A stretch of DNA of 64,000 nt from the human T2T-CHM13v2.0 reference genome, Homo sapiens. The position numbers and the translations under genes are program-made. The stretch lies in assembly GCF_009914755.1 (NCBI RefSeq), contig NC_060934.1; one strand, written 5' to 3'. Below the pieces are notes generated by a model. That model was not told where the DNA came from. It did not search any database and saw only the letters and a list, made by a program, of their open reading frames with translations. Within the stretch, counting starts at the first letter, position 1. Every line of letters begins with the position of its first letter. Positions 51,141 through 64,000 of the stretch are shown one piece after another.

Positions 51141-51901
51141 TGATTGTCATGACTTCTAGCAGAGTCTTGCTGAGGAATCTGGGGCTGAGGCTAGGTTCAG
51201 AGGGAAAGGATGTTACAACTGACAAGCATTTTCTGTCGTGTTGGAAGAAGAGGTTGTAGTGCAGGTGCGCAGGTATTTGCCTTCTCCTCTAGGCTCTGAC
51301 TGCGATAGAAAATTTCAAGTTTATTTCTTCAAAGGAATGTAGCAATGTTGCTTTCAGACTGCAGAATTAGGCTAGCTCCACTGAGAGGCCTTTTCAGGTC
51401 CACTCTGCTAATAATTTAGGCCAGAGATGAGCAATTTTGAATTTCTAATCTCTTTATACCTTTCAGAAGGCTCTACCAGGTTCCTCTGCAACTGCATGTT
51501 TGTTTTTTTTTTTCCTGGCTGCCATGCAGTTAGAAGGTATTAGCTGAGAAAAATATTTTATTGCACCTTTGAAGAATCGGCAACACAAATTCTTTTCACT
51601 TTGGGCATTTATTCATAAATTTCAACAACAAATACTTACAAAGGATTGTGCAGTATGGCACTTTGTTAGGTAGGAGAGTTTAAAGTGCTAGAAACAAAAA
51701 CTTCTTGCCTTTCTGGATTTGAGTTCTGCTACAATTACTTTGTTGACTGGATCTTCTAAGTGCTCTTGACTCTTACCGAGTCCATCTGTTACTGTAGGAG
51801 GCAGTGACTACAATAAAGTTCCTGCTTTCAGGAGGCTTTCATTTTATCAAGAATAATACATGAATGAATATATAGTGTAATTCCAGGGCTACGTACTATA
51901 G

Positions 51902-53726
<1,825 letters not shown>

Positions 53727-53976
53727 ATGACTGCACACCTTGGATATACTACAGGTTTCACACATTATTCTTCAATCTTTCTGTCATATATGGCCATGTT
53801 CAACATCATGAACTAAGAAGAAATCCAAACCTAAGGTACTAAAATTAATCTAGTTGTCAGCACTAAAGTGACCCTCACTGGACTAAATTTGAGGAAAAAA
53901 AAATAACCTTCAAAGAAATAAAAGAGTTGAAATAGAATCTAACAGAGGCCAAAATGAGGTAGCCTGGAAGGACGTC

Positions 53977-54570
53977 TGTAGTAAGCAGCCTTTAAGATAG
54001 CCCCATGATTCCTGTCTCCTAGTATTCATGCCCTTGTATAGTCCCCTCCCCTTGAATGTGGGCCAGACCTAGTGATTGACCTCTAATGAATAGAATATGA
54101 CAAATGGCACATATAGCTGTCAGTTCTGAGATTAGGTTACAGAAGACTGTGGCTTCCTTCTTTGGCTGTTCTGTCTTGTTCTTTTGCACACTTTCTCCGA
54201 AGGAAGCCAGCTGGCATGTTGTGAGCAGCTCTATGGAGGGGCATTTGTGCAAGAAACTGAGAATAGCATCTGACCCACAGCCAGTGAGGAGCCACAGTCC
54301 TCAGTCCAACAACCTGTGAGGAAAGGAATTCTGCCAATAACTATATGAATGAGCTTGGAAGTGAATCTTCCCCCAGTTGAGCTTTCAGATGAGTCCTCAC
54401 CTCAGGCAACCTCAGTGTACCTGCAGCCTCACGAAAGACCTTGAGCCAGAGGTATACAGCTGAACCACATCCAAATTCCTGACCCATAGAAACTGTGAGA
54501 TATTATAATAAACGCATGCTCTTTCAAGCTGCTAAATTTTGAGATAATTTATATAGAAATAAATAATACA
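53977..54570 (+). mobile_element. MLT1E-family MaLR LTR
   Basis: tgtagtaagcagcctttaagat...tattcatgcccttg...ccccttgaatgtgggc...tcctgacccatagaaactgtgaga...taataca. Confidence 0.8.
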
Positions 54571-54705
54571 GTATCTTAAGTATATCCTGGAGCACAATGC
54601 CAAAGAATATAAATGCAAAGCTCTGAGTTTCTGCGAGTATATTTTAAAAGCATCTGGGCTAAATCCAATTATCATAAATTATATAGTTCTTTTAGCTAAA
54701 CATCA

Positions 54706-55044
<339 letters not shown>

Positions 55045-55696
55045 TCAAAAAGCAGAATGGCTTTATAATGCCAAAATACATCATGGAAGAAACTGTAAAT
55101 ACACACCTATATCTGTGCTTTCCTCTACATTTGTCATTGTCCTAACAGTTACATTCACCTTGTGACTAGTACTGTTCAGTGGACTGTAAGTGGGAGTCAA
55201 TTGTTTTACTTCCAGGTTGTTTTCTTCCCCCTATATTCTGGCTAAACTTTAAACCAGAAGATGATGGGACCTCCAGGTGGAAGAGGTATGTAGCAAGAGA
55301 GAGGAAAAAAACAAACAAACTTGTGTTCTATTCAGCACCAAGCTTTCAGGTTTTATTTGCTACCACAGTGTAGTTCATCTTATCCTGGTTACTAGATCCA
55401 CTGACAGTCATAATGCAAAAGGCATTAGAATAACAGTTTTTAAGTATTCTGACTGCTGTCTCCATATAGAGACAATATAATTAGCCCAATTTCAGGTCAA
55501 ATTCTTTGTGTGTTTTCATTTTACCCCCACCACCCCGCCCCAGTGAGGAGATTTCTCTTCCTTTGCAGTGGTCCAGTTACACAGTCTAGAGGGGCCTACT
55601 TGCAGTCTGTGCCCATGGAAATCAGTGCTACTTACAGATCCCCTTCACCTGCCATCTAACCCTGATGGCCAGTTTACTTAGTTTGAAACTTAGATT

Positions 55697-56058
55697 TGTT
55701 ATGGTTTGGCTCTGTGTCCCCACCCAAATCTCATGTTGAGTTGTGATCCTCAGTGTTGGAGGAGGGGCTTGGTGGGAGGTGATTAGATCATGGGGACAGT
55801 TTCCAATAGTATAGCACCATCCTCCTAATGCTGCTTGTATACAAGTATATAGCACCCCCTCCCCCACCCCTCCTCCTGGTCACGTGAAGACCTGCTTGCT
55901 TTCCCTTAACCTTCCACCATGATTGTAAGTTTCCTGAGGCCTCCCTAGCTATGCCTCCTCTACAGCCTGTGGAACTGTGAGTCAATTAAACCTCTTTTCT
56001 TCACAGATTACCCAGTCTCAGGTAGTTTTTTATAACAGTATGAGAACAGACTAATACA
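55697..56058 (+). mobile_element. Solo MSTA/THE1-type MaLR LTR
   Basis: TGTTATGGTTTGGCTCTGTGTCCCCACCCAAATCTC...GACTAATACA; 5-bp TSD AGATT/GGATT. Confidence 0.9.
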
Positions 56059-56409
56059 GGATTTTTAGTCGATTTTTTGTGCCTTTTGGTTTTTCATTTA
56101 GATACATTTTTTTTTTATTCCTTCAACTCCTTAGAAAATGACAAATTGCAAGAGTGTGTGCTTTAATAAAGAACAACTTACTTCTTAGTCTTGATGATTG
56201 ATGTGGAAACAGCCCAGTTCATAAGACGGGACTTCTGGTTTCACATTTGTCTTTTAAGTCACATCTATACCTGGGAATCTACACATGGAATATTCAATGG
56301 AACAGGCTGGGAAAATCCCCATGCTGTCACATTTCTAAGGCAACAGTCTCCTGGTTCCAATTCACATCCCTCCTTTAAAAGTACATCAAAATGCCTGGAT
56401 TTATTCATT

Positions 56410-59400
56410 CTTACATTAATCAATGAATTCAACATTTATTAAGAACTTAAAAATGTGCCAGGCCTCATGTTAGGTGTTAGGACACAAACGTGAAGAAGAC
56501 CTCGTCTCAGTCTTCATAGAATATCTATGCCAGGGAGAAGGCCAGTGCGGAAAATCATAACAAGCGTGAAGAGCATTATGAAGGCAGTGTGGGGCAGTAA
56601 TGAGAGTTTAAGGGTGCAAGAGAAGGAAATCTGAGTGGGGGACATTGTGTCGAAGATGATGTGGTGAGGGAGTGATGTTCAAGTTGAAAGTGAAGGATAA
56701 GTGGGAGTTAGATTGCGGGGGACGGGCATGGAGAATGTTCACAACTGAGTGAACTGCAAATGTGAAGCCTCTGAGGTGAGGAAAAGCTGAATGAGTTAGA
56801 GGATCTAAAGTAAGACCTGGATGGCTGGAGGCAAGTGATCTTCCAGGGCCTAAGTTTGACAACAGCACCTCATCATGGTCAGAGAAGCTTTGTAGAAAAG
56901 ACACTCCCTGGCTAGAGATTCCCAAATCCAACAGGAAAAAGAAAAGAACTTTTTTCTTTCTGATTTTGACTGCTCTCTTTAAGGTTGTCCATGTTCTGTG
57001 AAATGAATTTGATCAAATGCATTACTTAATTTTTTTTCAAGTATTACTTATGGCTGAACATACTGTATTTGTTTCAAGCTCTCCATTCCTGGCCATTCTG
57101 TTTATTTAGGATCATCTGTAACATATTCACATGTGAGGAAAGTTGAGAGCTTAAGCGCTCAAAGTTTAAACAGTTGTGTAACAGATTCTGTGGCAGAGAT
57201 AATGTTTAATTTTCAGTGTGGATGTTAATCAAAGGAGTCACTCAAAATTCTTGCAAAAAGTATCATAAAGCCACGTGTGTGTCTGCCCTTTGATCTTGGA
57301 AACTTTCATTCTGAAACTTGAGTCAAAACACAGTCTTTTACTAATTTCATCCCAGACAAATGTGAGAGCCACTAAAATGTTCTATTATTCTGTCTGCACT
57401 ATGTAACTCTGTTTGCCAGTAGCTTGGAAATCAATCAATTGGAACATTTTAGAAATAATCTCTTTGCAAAAGCAAACCATAGAATACACTAGAGTGTATT
57501 CTTTGATGACAATCAGTGGCTGGCAAAGCAATGTGGCCTGCAAAAGGGAGGCTTCCAGGTGCCATCAGCCACGTCCTAGGTGCCAAGAGAGAACTGTGGA
57601 ATGACACTTCTTTCTTTGTGCTCAGCTACATGGCGTGGCAAGACACCCTGTGCTGGCAGCTCATTTATCAGGAAGTAGCACCATTCACATCAGTAATGTT
57701 TGCAATTAGAGCCTATTAAGCCTGATTGAAAATGAAGCATCAGAGGTGTTATGCAATTTGAGAAAGGGGAAACAACATCTGGAGCCCTGTCATCGTGGTG
57801 GGAGAGAGTAATGAAAACCCGGGGCAGAGAAAATGCAAGCTTTTTTAAACAAGAAGGAAGTTGTGGGACAATTTCTTTAGAGAGTAAATTTCATATAACT
57901 AGGGATATTTAACAATATTAGTCATGTGGTTTGGATTTGTGTCCCCATCAAATCTCAGGATCCACTGTAATTCCCAATGTTGGTGGTAGGGCCCGGTGGA
58001 AGGTAATTGGGTCATGGGAGTGGATCCTTCATGAATGGTTTGGCACCATCCCTTTGGTGCTGTTCTCACAAGATCTGGTTGTTTAAAAGTTTGTGGCACG
58101 TCCTCTCTCACTCTCTTCCTCCTGCTCCTGCCATGTAAGATGAGCCTGCTTCCCCTTCGCCTTCTGCCATGATTGTAAGTTTCCTGAGGCCTCCCCAGGC
58201 AGCAGGCATGCTTCCTGTACAGCCTGCAGAACCATAAGCCAATCAAACCTCTTGTCTTTAGAAATTACCCAGTCTCAGGTATTTCTTTATAGCAGTGCAA
58301 GAATGGATTAATACAATTGGTTATAAATATAGAATGTCACAGATAGTGTGCCAAATGTTTACATGTGTCAACTCCCTGAACACTCATCACAGCCCTGTGA
58401 GATGGAGTTACTGTCATTCTCATTTTACAGTTGGAGCTTTATTAGTATGAATTGAAAAAATGAATGAGCCCACCAATGCAATGTCCAAGATGGCAAAACT
58501 GAGGCTAGAGCTACTGACAAGAAGTGACCTTGGACTTAAGCCTCAGGCTTTTGATTCTCCACCTACTTCTTTTTATGCTATCTCACATTTCAATTTCACC
58601 AACGGAAACACCAGGACTAAAGGCTTTTGGGGTTTCATGAAAAATAAGGAGCAGGATTGGCTTAATATAAGAGAGTGAGATGCTCTTCTATGTGATTAAT
58701 CATGAAGGATGAAATGCTTGGATCTCCCCAGATATTTTCTGTTATATGCCAACTGAGGCTGAAATTCCAGGGCCTTAACATTAGACTCTAATCCTATCAA
58801 TGTATTTTTTTCCTGTCATTAAAATGCATGAAGCGTACATCTTTAAGTCATAAATCAGTTTTGGTATTTGTAATTTGTAATATGAATGACAGGCATGGGA
58901 TCTGGTTTTCCCAAGAAATACTGTGAGACCACCTAATGGAATAGGCTATTTGCAAGAAAGAGAATGAGCCCACAATGGGAACAGTTATTTAGACTACATT
59001 GTGAATGGTGTTCCCAGAAAATTCTCAACACAGTGGTGGGCAGGGAGTCCAGGAAAAGTGTGTGTGTGTGTGTATGTGTGTGTGTGTATTTAATTAAAGA
59101 GGAACCGAAGACATACTTCCCTTGCGTGTCAAACACTTCTTGTACTAGTTTCCAAGGCACTTCCATGATCAACTTTAAGAGTTTGCCCTCTGATTACAAT
59201 GGGCTGAGTTTATGAAGGTTTCAGAAACCTGAATTGATCCACACATTTCCTAAAGTCAAGTAGACTTAACAACTCTTCTATGTTGGGGCCGCAGAGAATG
59301 TACATGGCATCAATACTTGGTGTTACTCCATTCTGGTTAAAAATTGAAAAGGGGTAAACTATTAGCCTCAGTAGTTTATAAATATTTTATTGAGCTTTGA

Positions 59401-61157
59401 TTGAAATGGGAAAATTTGAAAAATTTATCTAGAAGTGAAGTTATAAAAAAATTAGTCCTTTTACAAATTGTTCCTGTAGGCAGCTTGTTTTGAATTATTC
59501 CTAAACAGAAAAAAATAAGGGCCACTTTAAGGCCAGATGATAGAAAATGAAAACTATATGTAGTTTTTCTAGCAAGTGTTCCTCAAGGGGCCCTGACCAC
59601 GGAGTACATGCTTTTGATTAAATTCACTGAGTTTTCTGCATTGTGACTGTGATGCTTGGGTTGGCTGCTAAATGTGTTGCTTTCATGGAGATTTTGCATT
59701 AAAAATCACAGGAAGGTGCTTTCTGAGGAAGTTACATGAATATTTTATAACATTATGTGAATGTTAACCATTTCGGGTAATGATGTTAACTTCAAGGTAA
59801 TTGTACCCAGTGTACTCTTTGGGTATCCAAAGATTACCAGGATGGAAAACATATTTTATATACTTCCTGAAGGTTCCTTGTCTCTGTGTGAAATGCTCCT
59901 TATCTAAACTGTATTTTACTGACAAGCATAGATATTAGAGTCAGATTGCCTGTGTATGAATTCTGGCTCCACCATTCCTTAGCTCCACCACCTTGGGCAA
60001 ATTATTTAACCCTTCTGTGTCTTGGTTTGCTTCTCTGTTAAAATGAGAATGATAACAATACCTACCTTATGGAACTGTTGTACAAATTAAATGAGATAAT
60101 ATATGTAAAGGGCTTGGAATTGTGTGGCACATAAGTTCTTAATAAATATTTTAAAATTATAACTGTTCTTTCTAATTTGCGATTCCTAACCTTTCCCCTA
60201 AACCTTCACTCCATCATTCTTGCATCAAACATTTCTTTCTTTTTTATTTTATTTTATTTTTTTGAGACAGAGTCTCACTCTGCCGCCCAGGCTGGAGTGC
60301 AGTGGCACGATCTCGGCTAACTGCAACCTCGGCCTCCTGGGTTCAAGCAATTCTCCCTGCCTCAGTCTCCCAAGTAGCAAGGATTACAGGCGCCTGCCAC
60401 CATGCCCGGCAAAAACATTTCTTGACAGCTTATGACATTTGCTAATAGCTCTTAAATTTTCTTCCAACAGTGAGTTTATGACTCCAGGATTGTAATAGAT
60501 GTGCTGGAGGTGATGGGTACGAAATGAATACGATGTGGTCTCCTCCCTTAGATTCCAGCCCTGCAAAGCAGATATGACTGTCTCAGCTAATTGTACCGCC
60601 ACGCAGAATGCAGTAAGTGCGCTTACCTGTGTATAAAATGAATTGGTAATACAAGAAGAGGGAGGAGAGCTACATTTCAATTTGGGGAATGAAATAAGAT
60701 CTGGGAAAGCTTTTCAGCTACAGTGGCCTTTGCATTTGATCTTGCATGAGGACATTTTAAGACGAGGGAATATGTGAGCAAACAGCACTGAGGCCAGAAA
60801 GCCGAGAATGAGCCTGGAGAATCTGAGTGATTCTGACAAGCTGGAACCTAGAGAATCATGCCTGGAAATGCAGCCTAGGAATCAGTGACGGAAGGATGAG
60901 CATAACATCCTAAGGACGTTGGTATTTATTTTACTGGTAATGGGAAGCCACCAGAAAAGAAGAACAACGAGGGGCAAAGCCAGTCTTTTTCTTTCTTTCT
61001 TCCCATTCTGTTCACTTTTTTTTTTTTTTTTAACAAGGTCTCGCTCTCTCGCCCAGGCTGGACTGTAGTGGTGTGATCATAGCTCACTGTAGCCTCGAAA
61101 TCCCGGGATGAAGTGCTCCTTCAGCCTATAGGCACGTGCCACCATGCCCAGCTGATT

Positions 61158-61191
<34 letters not shown>

Positions 61192-61310
61192 TGGTAATGG
61201 AGGTCTCACTGTGTTGCCCGGGCTGGTCTCAAACTCCTGAGCTGAAGCAATTCTCCCGTCTTGGCCTCTCAAAGGGCTGGGATTACAGGTGTGAGTCACC
61301 GTGTCCCACC
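56410..61310. mobile_element. Old L2 fragments (~56410-56830, ~60480-60960), MIRs (~58340-58430, ~59920-60150), Alu half 60230-60410(-), AluJ 61015-61310(-), (TG)n 59059-59087
   Basis: L2 3' end attcaacatttattaag...atgtgccaggc; MIR core ccttgggcaaattatttaaccc...aaaatgagaatgataac. Confidence 0.65.
57922..58315 (+). mobile_element. Solo MSTA/MSTB MaLR LTR
   Basis: ..GGTTTGGATTTGTGTCCCC...ATTACCCAGTCTCAGGTATTTCTTTATAGCA...TAATACA; TSD ATTAG/ATTGG. Confidence 0.9.
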
Positions 61311-61925
61311 CATGTCTTTTTCTTTACCGCTGATGAAAGGGTTGCTTTCATTAAGAGCACTTGATCAACCCACCCTAACCTTACCCTTTGCCTTAACACT
61401 AGATTTTCCAGATCCCTAGGGAGGGAGTTCTGAGTATCCTTGGTTAAGGTTATCTACTCTTTGCTGTGATCTCTTAACTTATATTTACATTTTCTAAATG
61501 ACAAATTCAAAGAGAACATTATTTGCAATGCAATGTATCTTCTAATGACTTGAGCTTCTTGCGTGATTAGTTTGGAATAAATACCTTATAGATCAAGTTT
61601 GCTTTGAGTCAAATGTTGATAATGTAAACTAATTGGTAAATGCTTTCTTATATTAGCATAAAATTGGAGTCCTTTTGAAATAGAGTTCCTTTTTGAGTAC
61701 TTGCATTACAAATCTATATAAAGCTCAAGTTTAAGGTAATGGTATATGAAGCAAAATTGCATTCTGGATCCATGAAAAACAATGTAATTTTCTGTTGAGA
61801 TTATCATGCTGCCATGTAGTTTAAAATTCTGGCTAGTATTATAATTTAGCATAAGAAATATAAAATTTCAAGGTGCTTATTGTGAGTAGGATTCTAATGC
61901 CCCCAAATTGAGCTAGTTTCTTTCA

Positions 61926-62128
61926 TTGTTTCCTCATTCCTTCCTTCCTCTTTCTCTTTCTTTCTTTCTTTCTTTTCTCTTTTTCTTCTTTCTTTCCTTC
62001 TTTCTTTCTTTCTTTCTTTCTCTTTCTCTTTCTTTCTCTTTCCCTCCCTTCCTTCCTTTCTCTCCCCCTCCCTCCCTCTCTTTCTTTCTTTCTCTCTCTC
62101 TTTCCTTCCTTCTTTCTCTTTCTTTCTT

Positions 62129-62166
<38 letters not shown>

Positions 62167-62239
62167 TTTCTCTCCTTCCTTCCTTCCTCTCTCTCTCTTT
62201 CTTTCCCTTTCTTTCCTTTCTTGCTTCTTTCTTTTTTTG

Positions 62240-62240
<1 letters not shown>
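61926..62240. repeat. ~310-bp (CTTT/CCTT/CT)n polypyrimidine tract, the expanded tail of the adjacent AluJ
   Basis: Directly visible; almost purely C/T. Confidence 0.95.

Positions 62241-64000
<1,760 letters not shown>

Overview
Primate (most likely human chr10p12) genomic DNA, very Alu-rich. It holds the 5' end of NSUN6 (RNA m5C methyltransferase, minus strand: coding exons at 8312-8238 and 5751-5596, CpG promoter ~8.4-8.96 kb) and the complete ARL5B gene (plus strand: 6 coding exons 16741-32326, 179 aa, then a ~6.4 kb repeat-free 3'UTR to ~38750). The two genes are head-to-head. The last ~25 kb is repeat-rich intergenic DNA (solo LTR8, Tigger3, MST/MLT LTRs, L1M, L2, MIR, Alus). The most interesting hypothesis read from the sequence is an innate-immune regulatory circuit. 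(1) A compact NF-kB plus Ets-IRF/ISRE motif module sits on the NSUN6-facing flank of the ARL5B CpG island. (2) A strong minus-strand cassette exon at 12285-12135 could splice in frame to NSUN6 exon 2 and replace the N-terminus with a basic peptide, MFHKRGKKNGKFS. (3) A Roquin CDE-type stem-loop lies in the distal ARL5B 3'UTR, downstream of several alternative poly(A) signals. All of this is motif-level inference and needs expression data. Repeat boundaries and subfamily names were assigned by eye and are approximate.
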